This document shows positions 21,571-31,024 of a stretch of 64,000 nucleotides of DNA, piece by piece. This DNA is from Pseudomonadota bacterium (GTDB lineage Bacteria > Pseudomonadota > Alphaproteobacteria > Acetobacterales > Acetobacteraceae): positions 286 through 64,285 of the forward strand of contig JAKBBY010000001.1 of NCBI GenBank assembly GCA_021808315.1, read 5' to 3'. Position numbers and translations under genes: made by a program. Each line of letters begins with the position of its first letter. The stretch's first letter is position 1. The notes under the pieces were generated by a model. It searched no databases, was not told the origin of the DNA, and saw only the letters and a list, made by a program, of their open reading frames with translations.

Positions 21571-21967
21571 CGCGCCTTTGGATGATGCGGTTCCCGACAT
21601 TGACAATCCTCATGATTGGCGTGCCCGCGCTGAGGCTGCTGAAGCTGCGTTGGCGCGGGAGCAGCATAGAGCGGCTGAATTGGCGAAACATGCGGAGTTG
21701 AAGATCGCTGCGATACGCGCCGGCATGATCGACCTTGATGGGTTGAAGCTTCTTGATTTTGAAAAGGCTGAGCTTGCAGAGGATGGCTCCGTTCCCAATG
21801 CCACAGCGATGATCGCCGATTTGCGCAAATCCAAAGCCTGGTTATTTGGTGCGTCATCCTCATCGTCGGTGGCAGCAGCGCCGCGCGCGCAGTCGCCGCG
21901 CGCCCGCCATGCGCGCGAGATGAGTGAGGCTGAGTGGCGGGCCGCACGGGCTTCGCTCATCCGTTAA
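21563..21967 (+). CDS. Putative capsid scaffolding protein
   Basis: Coiled N-terminus, I.DLRKSKAWLF motif, position between portal and capsid. Confidence 0.65.
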   Translation: MTDAPLDDAVPDIDNPHDWRARAEAAEAALAREQHRAAELAKHAELKIAAIRAGMIDLDGLKLLDFEKAELAEDGSVPNATAMIADLRKSKAWLFGASSSSSVAAAPRAQSPRARHAREMSEAEWRAARASLIR

Positions 21968-22080
21968 CGCCCGCATTGCGCATCTCAACTGCGCGATTTC
22001 GCAAAATTTACCCGTTTCGACCGCGCAGGGGACTGCGTGGGCGATGTTGCACGTTCAAATGTTAGAAGAAGGACTTGATC

Positions 22081-23403
22081 ATGGGCATTGATAATTTTCC
22101 CCCCTCGTTGCAGCCGATCATTCAGCAAGGGTTTCTCGAGCGTGAATTCGAACAGGCTTTGCACTCCAAGCTCGGCTACCGGATGGTTGCTGACCGCGAG
22201 ACATTTGCCGTTGGTATCGGTGAAACACTTACAAAGACTCGGGCTGGTTTAAAGCCTTCGGTGACGACGCCGATTGCCGGTGCGACAAATACCAATTTGG
22301 ATAATGGCTTGATCCCGCAGGGTTGGGGCGTTGAACAATATACCGTTACGCTGAATTTTTATGCGGCAACGCAAGATTTGAACATGGTCACCAGCCGGGT
22401 TGGTATTGCCAGTCAGTTTTTGCAGAATGCCGCGACCAATGGTGAACAGGCGGCGCGTAGCCTTGATGAACTCGCCCGAAATGCGCTCTTTGCACCTTAT
22501 TTTGGCGGCAATACGCGGGTTACCAGCACACTAACCGCCAATGGGCCTGTTATTGCTGTTGATGATATTCGTGGTTTTACAACGATTTTTGTGAATGGCG
22601 TGCAGACGGCGGTCTCGGCTTCAGCGCCGTTATCTGTCATGGTGGGGAGTGACGAATATAGCCTGATTGGGGTAACCCCCGATATGAGCAATGCCTCGTT
22701 TGCGCCGGGTGGTATTTCCGGACAATTGACATTTGCAACGTCGGTTACGGTTGCGGACGGAACAGCCGGCAACCCAGTGATTGCGACGACCGCTAGCGCG
22801 ATCAAGCGTCCTTCAGGGCGGCTGACAACGGGGCAGTTGCAGGCGACTGATATGCTGACAATGTCGGCATTGCTTGATGCGGTGGCAGCGCTGCGGCTGA
22901 ATGCGGTGCCGGACATTGACGGCGTTTATAATTGTTACCTTGATCCGGTGTCGGCCCGTCAACTTTTTGCTGACCCTGATTTCCGGCAATTATTTCAAGG
23001 TGCGACCTCGGCCAATTCGGTGTTTCGCCAGGGTATGATTAATGATTTCCTTGGTTTGCGGTTTATTACGACAACCGAGGCTTATGTGCAGCCCCACCCG
23101 ACCTTGGGTGGATTGCTTGTGCGCCGCCCCATTGTGTGTGGCAAAGGGGCTCTGATTGAAGCAGATTTCGCAGGAATCGGGGCTGATGATGTGGCACCCA
23201 AGGGTGCGTTGGTGCATGTTGTTGACAATGTCGCGATGGTGACCCGCGAACCAATTGATCGGCTCCAACAAATAATTGCACAATCATGGTATTGGATTGG
23301 CGGATTTTGTGCGCCGTCTGACACCACCACCACGCCTGCGCAAGTTCCCACCGCAACCAATGCCAATTTCAAACGGGCCGTCATGATCGAGCATATTGGT
23401 TAA
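22081..23403 (+). CDS. Major capsid protein
   Basis: 440 aa at the capsid position; GETLTKTR, GEQAARSLDELARNALF, DRLQQ....SWYW. Confidence 0.75.
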   Translation: MGIDNFPPSLQPIIQQGFLEREFEQALHSKLGYRMVADRETFAVGIGETLTKTRAGLKPSVTTPIAGATNTNLDNGLIPQGWGVEQYTVTLNFYAATQDLNMVTSRVGIASQFLQNAATNGEQAARSLDELARNALFAPYFGGNTRVTSTLTANGPVIAVDDIRGFTTIFVNGVQTAVSASAPLSVMVGSDEYSLIGVTPDMSNASFAPGGISGQLTFATSVTVADGTAGNPVIATTASAIKRPSGRLTTGQLQATDMLTMSALLDAVAALRLNAVPDIDGVYNCYLDPVSARQLFADPDFRQLFQGATSANSVFRQGMINDFLGLRFITTTEAYVQPHPTLGGLLVRRPIVCGKGALIEADFAGIGADDVAPKGALVHVVDNVAMVTREPIDRLQQIIAQSWYWIGGFCAPSDTTTTPAQVPTATNANFKRAVMIEHIG

Positions 23404-23414
23404 GGGAGGCGTTT

Positions 23415-23723
23415 ATGTCGACAGGGGCAAGCTTACCATTCCGACCAGCGGGGACGGTGGTGGTTGCGGCAGGTGCGACGGCCACGAGCGTGACTTTGCC
23501 GCCAGGTGGATCGAGCATTTTGGTGTTCAATAGCTCGGCCTCAGTGGCGTTCGTGCGATTTGGGATGATTGGCGAAACAACGGCGCAGTTGAGTGACACG
23601 CCGGTTCCACCGGGCGCTCGGATGCTGATGGATGCTGGCCGTTTGGTGACGGCGGTGAGTGTTGTGTTGGCCTCGGGCGCGGGAAGTGTGTTTTTTACCC
23701 GCGGTGACGGATCGGTCTATTGA
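23415..23723 (+). CDS. Putative head decoration / small beta-rich virion protein
   Basis: SD GGAGG; follows capsid; beta-rich composition. Confidence 0.55.
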   Translation: MSTGASLPFRPAGTVVVAAGATATSVTLPPGGSSILVFNSSASVAFVRFGMIGETTAQLSDTPVPPGARMLMDAGRLVTAVSVVLASGAGSVFFTRGDGSVY

Positions 23724-23724
23724 G

Positions 23725-24129
23725 ATGTCGAGCACGGTCACGACGGCACCGGGGGTTCTAAGTGATGCTCAAAAGGTCGATGTGCGGCGCTTTTGCGGCT
23801 ATCCCGCTTACGGGGCGGGGGCTGCGGGGTTCGAGTCTTGGCGATTTTTTCAAGCCTACGGGACGCTGGAATATCGGATGAATAATCTTGCACCGACAGA
23901 GATTGTTGTGTTGGTGCAATATTTGACAACGCTCAATGCGCTGGAGGCGGTGATCCCCGAGGCGTCTGGGAATCTTGATACGGATGCCGCGGCGAGTTGG
24001 CAGCATAATAAACGAGAAATCGCTGATCGGGCATCATTATTCGATCAATGGCGGCGCAGGCTTTGTGGGTTCCTGGGGCTGCCGCCGGGGCCGGCGCTGG
24101 AATCGTCTGGCATTTCTTTGATTGTATGA
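23725..24129 (+). CDS. Putative head-tail adaptor
   Basis: KVDVRRFCGYP, LEYRMNNL; neck position. Confidence 0.55.
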   Translation: MSSTVTTAPGVLSDAQKVDVRRFCGYPAYGAGAAGFESWRFFQAYGTLEYRMNNLAPTEIVVLVQYLTTLNALEAVIPEASGNLDTDAAASWQHNKREIADRASLFDQWRRRLCGFLGLPPGPALESSGISLIV

Positions 24130-24136
24130 GGGAACA

Positions 24137-24781
24137 ATGGACGGTTTGCGGCTGGCTGATCGCATCGCTTATGGCGGCGGCATGGCGGCCCGCAAGGCCG
24201 GTGTCATTTGTGATAGCTATAGGGCCATTGACGGCACTTGTCCGTTAGTGCCCGCTCGGCGGATGATCCGGCTTGGGGTGCTATCGGTGCCGGTTGGGGG
24301 TGGCGTTCGTGGGCCAGCGGGGTTTGGCGTGCCATTCCGTCAGCTTGTGCTGGATCAAGCCTATGTGCAGGCTGGGGATTATTTGGTTGGACCCAACGGA
24401 ACATCGTTGGTTGCAACCAACGAAGCGCCGGCACCGGTGTTGGGCGTGCAGTGTAACGAGGTGATTACGCTGTGGCGCACAGCGCAACCCGCCGCGCCGG
24501 GGCTTAATCCATATGGCGCGGTATTGTTCAGCGATGCCCGCGTGGTTTTGGCTGGGTTTCCTGCGGCATTGATGCCGGGTGGGGTAAGTGATCGCACACG
24601 GTTAGGGTTGCCTGATGATACCAAACTGCCTGGCTATGTCGGTGTTGTCGCCGCGATTGACGGCGCTGGGCCGCTGGTCGCGGACATCGTGCGCGATGGC
24701 CGAGGGCGCCAATTTGTAGTGGACGCGGCAGCGCGATTTGGTGGTGTTTGGCGATTGGCTTTGACCGAGAGTGTTGCGTGA
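24137..24781 (+). CDS. Putative head closure / neck protein
   Basis: Operon position; coupled to the next gene. Confidence 0.5.
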   Translation: MDGLRLADRIAYGGGMAARKAGVICDSYRAIDGTCPLVPARRMIRLGVLSVPVGGGVRGPAGFGVPFRQLVLDQAYVQAGDYLVGPNGTSLVATNEAPAPVLGVQCNEVITLWRTAQPAAPGLNPYGAVLFSDARVVLAGFPAALMPGGVSDRTRLGLPDDTKLPGYVGVVAAIDGAGPLVADIVRDGRGRQFVVDAAARFGGVWRLALTESVA

Positions 24782-25626
24782 TGGCGGACCAATCAGACGT
24801 TGAGAACGCTTTGTTGTCCCTCGTGGCGAATGCACTTTATCCGGCGGGCAGCGAGGCTGCATCGTCCGTGCATGGACCGGGCGGACCGATTGTCTGGCGG
24901 GTTTATCGCGGTTGGCCGCCCAGTGCGGTTCTGGATGCTGACCTCGCACGCGGCATTGCGCACGCGACCGTGGTGCCTGATCCTGCGCCGATCCGCAATA
25001 CTACTCGGTTTCCACGCCTTTGGCAGGCCGTAGCGCCAGTCGCCGTGTCCCTATTGGTCTCGGTGGCAGCAGAGACGGCGATATTTTCGGGATATTGCGC
25101 AGCGGGGCAATTGGCAGGCATTGCGGTTGATGGCGTGATTTTTCCCTATGCGGTGCAACCAACCGATACGGCGGCAACGGTCGCCAGCAATTTAGCGGCT
25201 TTGTTGCGGGCGGCGGGTTGGATCGTGAATTATCAGGGGTCGAGTTTGAGTGTTCCTGCCGCGCGGCTGTTTACGGCACGGGTTGTCAATGGCGCCGGTG
25301 CTTTACAAGAAATCAAGCGCCAAAGTCAGCAATTTCAGATTTCACTTTGGTGCCCAGACCCATTGACGCGGGATGTTGCGGCGGGGTTGGTTGATTGTGC
25401 GTTGGCCAGTCCGCAATTTGTAGCGCTTGCTGATGGATCGGTTGCGCATTTGGTATTTGCCGGGGGGGCTACCCGTGATCAAGGCGCTAACCAATCGTTA
25501 TATCGACGTGATTTTATCTATACTGCCGAGTACCCGACGACGCTCTCGGAGATTGAACCTGCCATGTTGTTCGGTGTGGGTGGTATTACCGCCAATAGTG
25601 AATTTGTTGCCGGTTTGGCCGGCTGA
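24781..25626 (+). CDS. Putative tail terminator / completion protein
   Basis: MADQSDVENAL, RVYRGWP, YRRD..Y..EY; just upstream of the sheath region. Confidence 0.55.
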   Translation: MADQSDVENALLSLVANALYPAGSEAASSVHGPGGPIVWRVYRGWPPSAVLDADLARGIAHATVVPDPAPIRNTTRFPRLWQAVAPVAVSLLVSVAAETAIFSGYCAAGQLAGIAVDGVIFPYAVQPTDTAATVASNLAALLRAAGWIVNYQGSSLSVPAARLFTARVVNGAGALQEIKRQSQQFQISLWCPDPLTRDVAAGLVDCALASPQFVALADGSVAHLVFAGGATRDQGANQSLYRRDFIYTAEYPTTLSEIEPAMLFGVGGITANSEFVAGLAG

Positions 25627-25633
25627 AGGGGAT

Positions 25634-25774
25634 ATGATGACGATTAAGCTGGTTGTGGTGAAGCCATTCCTGAGCTTCAAGCGGGGGGACGCGATTACCG
25701 ACCCAGGCGAGATTACCCGGCTATTGGCCGCCGGGCATGCGGCTTCGGTTGTACGCGTTTTGGCGGAGGTTTGA
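25634..25774 (+). CDS. 46-aa phage protein before the sheath
   Basis: SD GAAGGGG; LVVVKPF..FKRGD.ITD; small genes in this slot are typical of Mu-like tails. Confidence 0.55.
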   Translation: MMTIKLVVVKPFLSFKRGDAITDPGEITRLLAAGHAASVVRVLAEV

Positions 25775-25777
25775 TCC

Positions 25778-27334
25778 ATGCCGATTACCACGCTTGGTGC
25801 GTTAAACACAACGGCGCTGATTGTGCCGGATTTATATGTTCAGATTGTTCCGCCGCAGACATTGCTGCTCAATGGTGTGCCCACCGATGTTGCAGGCATT
25901 GTGGGCAGTGCGAGCTGGGGGCCGGTGAATGAGCCGATGGTGATCGGCTCGATGGCTGATTATGCGCTCGGATTCGGTCCGGTGATGGCGCGGCCTTTCG
26001 ATATGGGCACTGCGGTTGCCATTGCTGTGCAGCAGGGGGCTGGGAATTTTCGGTGTGTTCGCGTGACCGATGGCACGGACACGGCGGCGGCTGTTACGTT
26101 GTTCGGTGCCATTGAGTTTACCGCAATCTATACCGGCAGTCTGGGCAATATGTTGTCGGTGGCTTTATCGCCCGGCTCTGCTGTTAATAGTTGGCGATTG
26201 ACGATTTCGATGCCGGGGCGGCCCCCCGAAGTGTTCGATAATCTCCTGGGAACCGGCAACGCGTTGTGGCAGGCCGTGGCGAATGCCGTCAATCAGGGCA
26301 CCGGGCCGTTGCGTGGTGCATCGCAATTGGTGGTGGCGACGGCAGGAACATCGAGCATCGCGCCGAGCGCCGGGGTTTATCCGTTTTCAGCCGGCATCGC
26401 AGGCAGTGACGGCGTTGCGACGTTGAGTGCGAACTACTTGGTTGGGCAGGACACTGTCCCCCGGACGGGTATGTTTGCGCTGCGCAGTCAGGGTTGTACC
26501 TTGGCGATGCTCGCTGACATGACCGATTCAACGCAGTGGAGCGTGCTGGTTGCCTTCGGCGTTGAGGAAGGCTGCTATATGATCCTGGCTGGTCCCGCCG
26601 GAGACACCATTACCAATGCTGTGGCCACCAAGCAGGCAGCGGGCATCGACACCTATGCGGCCAAGATGATGTTTGGCGATTGGATTTGGTGGTATGATCA
26701 GGCTAATCAGCTGACCCGATTAGTATCGCCGCAGGCCTTTGTGCTGGGGCGGCTGGCTAATTTGTCGCCTGAGCAGTCATCGCTCAATAAGCCACTTTAT
26801 GGGGTGGTGGGAAGTCAAAAATCGGGCCAGAGCCCATCGGGCATCAGCAATAGTTATGCAACGGCGGATCTGGCGGCTTTGCTATCCGCTGGGATTGACG
26901 TGATCGCCAATCCGCAACCGGGTGGTAATTTCTGGGGCGTGCGAGGCGGGCATAATAGTTCGTCGAATGTAGCGATTAACGGCGACAATTATACACGACT
27001 GACCAACTATATCGCGGCGACGCTGTCCGCTGGGATGGGCGCTTATGTTGGTCAGGTGATCAACGCGACATTATTTCAACAAGTACGCGGGACTTTGCTT
27101 GCGTTCTTGAATGCGATGCTCTCACAGGGACTTTTGGGCAGCACGAATGGGTCGTTGCCATTCGCTGTTGTTTGTGACCTGTCAAATAACCCGGCATCAC
27201 GCACAGCTCTTGGTTATCTGCAAGCTGACGTGCAAGTTTTATACCAGGCGATTAATGAGAAATTCATTGTCAATGTGCAAGGTGGCCAGACGGTGCAGGT
27301 CAGTCAACAAACGCTGCCGCAAGGCACGGTATAA
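25778..27334 (+). CDS. Contractile tail sheath protein
   Basis: VPDLYVQIV.P, G.VG.ASWGPVN.P, VRVTDG, LSPEQSSLNK, FAVVCD.SNN. Confidence 0.85.
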   Translation: MPITTLGALNTTALIVPDLYVQIVPPQTLLLNGVPTDVAGIVGSASWGPVNEPMVIGSMADYALGFGPVMARPFDMGTAVAIAVQQGAGNFRCVRVTDGTDTAAAVTLFGAIEFTAIYTGSLGNMLSVALSPGSAVNSWRLTISMPGRPPEVFDNLLGTGNALWQAVANAVNQGTGPLRGASQLVVATAGTSSIAPSAGVYPFSAGIAGSDGVATLSANYLVGQDTVPRTGMFALRSQGCTLAMLADMTDSTQWSVLVAFGVEEGCYMILAGPAGDTITNAVATKQAAGIDTYAAKMMFGDWIWWYDQANQLTRLVSPQAFVLGRLANLSPEQSSLNKPLYGVVGSQKSGQSPSGISNSYATADLAALLSAGIDVIANPQPGGNFWGVRGGHNSSSNVAINGDNYTRLTNYIAATLSAGMGAYVGQVINATLFQQVRGTLLAFLNAMLSQGLLGSTNGSLPFAVVCDLSNNPASRTALGYLQADVQVLYQAINEKFIVNVQGGQTVQVSQQTLPQGTV

Positions 27335-27346
27335 GGAGAGTTTGGC

Positions 27347-27775
27347 ATGCCATATAATAGTTTTTCAGTTGGCAACGACTGTCAACTCGTGGTGATGGGG
27401 CCGTTTGGGCGGGTTGATTTAGCGTATGTCACGGGGTTTGAGGTCAATCAGGTCACACAGAGTGTGCGGGTTGATCGGCTGGATGGCATTCAGCTTGGTG
27501 CCGAGTTGCCGCGCGGCTGGCAAGGTGGATTTAGCCTCGACCGTGGGAGTTCGGCGGCTGATGATTTTATTGCTCAAATTGAGCAAGCCTATTTTGCCGG
27601 ACAGGCTATTGCACCGGGCACGCTTTATCAATACGTAACAGAAACGGATGGATCGCTTTCGACCTATCAGTTTGATGGCGTGGTGTTCAAACTGAGTTCG
27701 GCAGGGGTTTATCGCGGCGATATGCCGGTTGCGCAGAAATTGGAGTTTTTCGCATCGACTAGGAAACGGCTATGA
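27347..27775 (+). CDS. Tail tube protein
   Basis: 142 aa beta-rich protein directly after the sheath; SD AAGGAG. Confidence 0.75.
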   Translation: MPYNSFSVGNDCQLVVMGPFGRVDLAYVTGFEVNQVTQSVRVDRLDGIQLGAELPRGWQGGFSLDRGSSAADDFIAQIEQAYFAGQAIAPGTLYQYVTETDGSLSTYQFDGVVFKLSSAGVYRGDMPVAQKLEFFASTRKRL

Positions 27776-28077
27776 CAGAGCGGATTATTGCCGATGCGAT
27801 GGGCCGAATTTTGAAAGTCCGTGCGATTACGATGCTGGATCGGTTGCGATTATTCAAAGCGCTCGGCCCGGAATTATCGATGAATGATGCTTATTTAGGG
27901 GTTGCGAGTTTAGCCGCAGCCGTCACGGCGATCGATGATGTGCCGTTGCTGTTTCCAACAAGCGAGGCGGCTGTTGAACATGCTGTTGAGCGGATTGGCG
28001 AGGCGGGGTTGGATGCCGTGGCAGCACTGTTCAGCAGTGAGGACGAAGCGGCTGCACGGGTCGCGGCGGGAAACTAA
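27772..28077 (+). CDS. Tail assembly chaperone (short form)
   Basis: Follows the tube; ends GCG GGA AAC TAA, containing a slippery heptamer. Confidence 0.75.
   Translation: MTERIIADAMGRILKVRAITMLDRLRLFKALGPELSMNDAYLGVASLAAAVTAIDDVPLLFPTSEAAVEHAVERIGEAGLDAVAALFSSEDEAAARVAAGN
28068..28074 (+). other. Programmed -1 ribosomal frameshift site G GGA AAC
   Basis: Correctly phased X XXY YYZ heptamer immediately before the stop codon; the -1 frame stays open for 57 codons. Confidence 0.8.
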
Positions 28078-28247
28078 GTCGGCACCCAGCGCTGATCGAC
28101 TGTTTATATCTGGTCGGGCGCGGGGTGCCATTTGAGGTGGCGTTCGACTTGGATGATGTTGTTCGCACGGCGTTTGTGGTGTGTTTTGGCACCCTCGATG
28201 GGTTGCATTTCGATTGGCGCCGAATGATGTGGGAGCCCGAACCTTGA
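28074..28247 (+). CDS. -1 frame extension of the tail chaperone (gpGT-like long form, ~158 aa in total)
   Basis: Hand translation LSRHPALIDCLYLVGRGVPFEVAFDLDDVVRTAFVVCFGTLDGLHFDWRRMMWEPEP*; no ATG near its 5' end. Confidence 0.75.
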   Translation, partial: LSRHPALIDCLYLVGRGVPFEVAFDLDDVVRTAFVVCFGTLDGLHFDWRRMMWEPEP

Positions 28248-29125
28248 ACTATCGTGATCGGCGCGGATCATGGGCAGCCAAGTGGGGGCGCCAAGGCTCG
28301 CGTTATCATCGGGCCATACGACCTCGCTTCACCGGCGTTGCGCCGGTGCGCAGCGGGCTGCGGAGGAGCGAAAGCGCCGAGCGGGTCGATCATTTCGTGC
28401 CGCTGCCTTATCGGTCGTTGAGCGTAGCGCATCGCTGGCCAACGCGGTCCATTGCTCGGTTGGGTCGCGCAGGACGTGCAACGCACGATGCACCGGTTGG
28501 CGTGGGATCCGGTGGGCAGTGGGAAAGTCCTCGTCGATCATCCGACCCACGTTTGCTGAGTCGATCATCCGGTGGATATCGATCAACTGATTTGCGTCGA
28601 GCATGGCCGTCTCGGGCGGCGGCGCCTCAGCGACATCGTGCGCAATTATCAAGGAGTGCGTTGGCTCAACGGCCGACATGGCGGCAGGCCGGGCAGATTT
28701 CGGCCTATGCGGCCCATGCGGGCATAGCGGTGCGCACCCCGGCTGGGGGCGAGCGTCGTCCGGTGGCGCCGATGCGTGGTCGTGACGCTGCGGTGGTGCG
28801 AGAGACGATTTTTTCATCGGGATCAACGACCTCCCATCATTTGGTTGCACTTGCCGCCGAGCAAGCCCGCTCCCTGTCGCGGGTTTGGGAGTTGGATGAT
28901 CCGCAGGGCATGGCAGCGGAGTGGCAGCAGCATGATCCGCCCGCGAGATCGACCGATCAAGGTTTCAAAGCTGGTAGCGCTGTCGGCTGGTCACGATCGG
29001 GGCATGAGATGATGCGTTGGTTTGGGCAAACATTCGGAGACGAGGCGCGGCGACCGCCATCGGGCCCGACGCGATCGGATACAATGCTGTCGCCCATCTT
29101 TCCAGGGCGCAAACCAGGTTTCTGA
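28244..29125 (+). CDS. ORF in the tape-measure position; short, Arg/Ser/Pro-rich and atypical
   Basis: Only long ORF between chaperone and baseplate; possible TTG start overlapping the upstream TGA, with GGGAG 8 nt before it. Confidence 0.45.
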   Translation: MNYRDRRGSWAAKWGRQGSRYHRAIRPRFTGVAPVRSGLRRSESAERVDHFVPLPYRSLSVAHRWPTRSIARLGRAGRATHDAPVGVGSGGQWESPRRSSDPRLLSRSSGGYRSTDLRRAWPSRAAAPQRHRAQLSRSALAQRPTWRQAGQISAYAAHAGIAVRTPAGGERRPVAPMRGRDAAVVRETIFSSGSTTSHHLVALAAEQARSLSRVWELDDPQGMAAEWQQHDPPARSTDQGFKAGSAVGWSRSGHEMMRWFGQTFGDEARRPPSGPTRSDTMLSPIFPGRKPGF

Positions 29126-29149
29126 TCGACGCTAAAGTGAGGAGCGACA

Positions 29150-29839
29150 ATGACCGCACAGCAAAGCGTACTGCTTGGCCCTGTCACGTTACGGGGCTTT
29201 GAGGTTCCCGAACAAATCGTGTTTGGTGGCGGACAGCGGATCGCCGTTCATGAGCTGATCGGCGGGGGACGGGTTATCGACACTCTTGGTGCGGCTGCCG
29301 AAGCGATTATGTTTGGGGGCATTTTTTCCGGGCCTGATGCGACGCTTCGGATACAGAGCTTGGATGCAGCGCGGGCGGCGGGGCTGACACTGCCGTTGAG
29401 TTGGGGGGATTTTTCCTATTCGGTGATTATTACGGAGTTATCGGCTTCCTATCAGAAATCATGGTGGGTTCCGTATCGTTTACGTCTTGCCGTGGTTGAA
29501 GATCCTGTTTCAGTCATTGCCTCAATAGCCGTTCAAGCAGGGCTTGATATTGTGAGTGCTGGCGGCTTTGCGCAAGCCGCTGGGGTGTCGTTGGCTAGCG
29601 CGAATATCAGCTCGCCTGCGAGTTTGACGGCGCCGCTTGAGGGATTGTCAGGTGCCATTGGGTTTGCGAGCAATCAGGTGAGCAGTGCGGCCACGACCTT
29701 GGCGGGGACCATGCTTGCGCCGGCAGGGATAGCCGCATTGTCTGAAGCCGCAGGCGCCTGCGCGGTGCAGGCCAATGCGCTGGCAGCGCAGGCGTATTTG
29801 CGGAGAGCCGCCGCCAACATTGCGGGCGCTGGCGCATGA
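29150..29839 (+). CDS. Putative tube initiator / baseplate protein (P2 gpU- or Mu gp43-like)
   Basis: FEVPEQI.FGG.Q..AVHELIGG.R.ID.LG; position after the tape-measure slot. Confidence 0.6.
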   Translation: MTAQQSVLLGPVTLRGFEVPEQIVFGGGQRIAVHELIGGGRVIDTLGAAAEAIMFGGIFSGPDATLRIQSLDAARAAGLTLPLSWGDFSYSVIITELSASYQKSWWVPYRLRLAVVEDPVSVIASIAVQAGLDIVSAGGFAQAAGVSLASANISSPASLTAPLEGLSGAIGFASNQVSSAATTLAGTMLAPAGIAALSEAAGACAVQANALAAQAYLRRAAANIAGAGA

Positions 29840-30027
29840 GTGGATCAACGATCACAGCCAGTGGTGGCAATTTATTCGCTTTGGCAGCGCAATATTTGGG
29901 CGATGCGACTCAGTGGATTCGTTTGGCACAAATCAACGGTCTTGCCGATCCGTTTTTAGTCGGTCAGGTCAATTTGGTCTTACCACCAGTCGATCCGAAT
30001 GCTGGTGGTGGCGTTCCCAATGTCTGA
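29836..30027 (+). CDS. LysM-like baseplate protein (P2 gpX-like)
   Basis: GNLFALAAQYLGDATQWIRLAQINGLADP. Confidence 0.75.
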   Translation: MSGSTITASGGNLFALAAQYLGDATQWIRLAQINGLADPFLVGQVNLVLPPVDPNAGGGVPNV

Positions 30028-31024
30028 GCCTGTGACCGCACAAAGCATAGGTTTAACGGTCGCCATCAACGAGATGCCGGTTCCTGGAGCGATTTCGTTC
30101 GAAGTTTCGAACGAATCACCGTTCAGCGCAGCCCGATTTCGCCTACTCATGGCATTGAATGCGCCGGGTGTCGGAATTGAGTTTTACGCCGGATTAGCGG
30201 CGGCGACGATTACTGTAACCATGAGCATCGCCGCTGGGATGCTTGAGCGCAATTCGGTGTTTCAGGGTCAAATTGATGCTGTGATGTTGGACATTGGCTC
30301 GGGACTGACCATGTTGACGGGGCGGGATTTCGCCGCTCGCTTGATTGATGCCGAGATTAATGAAAGTTTTTCAAATCAGACATCCAGCGCTATTGCCAGC
30401 CAATTTGCGCAAGCTGCCGGGCTTTCGGCGCAGATTACACCGACGACGCAGCCTGTGGGACAGTATTACGAGCTGGCGCATAACGGTTCGGCGTTGGGTT
30501 TGCATTCACGCCACCCGACCCGATGGGATTTGCTGGTTGACCTTGCCGAGATTGAGGGATTTTTGGTCGGTGTTCAAGGCTCGACGCTGATATTTGGGCC
30601 GACCCCTGTGGTTGCACCGATGGTTCTCTCCTATGGGCAAGATTTAGTCGGGCTGACGGTGGATCGGGCACTAGGGCTGTTATCGCCCTCGGTGACAATT
30701 CGAAGCTGGAATCCACGTTTGCAGGGCGCGTTTAGTGCGACATCGGGTGGTGCAGGCGGTGTTGGCGTCACGCTGGTCAAACCAAATTTGACCCATGCTC
30801 AAGTGACAGCACGAGCGCAATTCGAACAAGCGCGCTTGGCGGCGCAGAGTGTGTTGTTGCGGGCCGAAATGCCCGGCGAATTCACGCTTGCGCCGTCTTC
30901 GTTCGTTCAAGTGCAGGGCACGGGCAGTTCAGTCGATGGCTTGTATCAGCTCCGCAGCATTGAACGGCGCATTCATGCGGTCGATGGATTTATTCAGCGT
31001 ATTGAAGCGACGCAGGTTGTCTGA
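30020..31024 (+). CDS. Baseplate hub protein (gpD/gp44-like)
   Basis: L.GRD..ARLID, WDLL..LA..EGF, position before the spike. Confidence 0.75.
   Translation: MSEPVTAQSIGLTVAINEMPVPGAISFEVSNESPFSAARFRLLMALNAPGVGIEFYAGLAAATITVTMSIAAGMLERNSVFQGQIDAVMLDIGSGLTMLTGRDFAARLIDAEINESFSNQTSSAIASQFAQAAGLSAQITPTTQPVGQYYELAHNGSALGLHSRHPTRWDLLVDLAEIEGFLVGVQGSTLIFGPTPVVAPMVLSYGQDLVGLTVDRALGLLSPSVTIRSWNPRLQGAFSATSGGAGGVGVTLVKPNLTHAQVTARAQFEQARLAAQSVLLRAEMPGEFTLAPSSFVQVQGTGSSVDGLYQLRSIERRIHAVDGFIQRIEATQVV

Noticed and set aside
27935-28135. 66-aa ORF as the frameshift partner
   Set aside because: It lies in the +1 frame and has unconvincing composition; the -1 frame (28074-28247) fits the slippery site.
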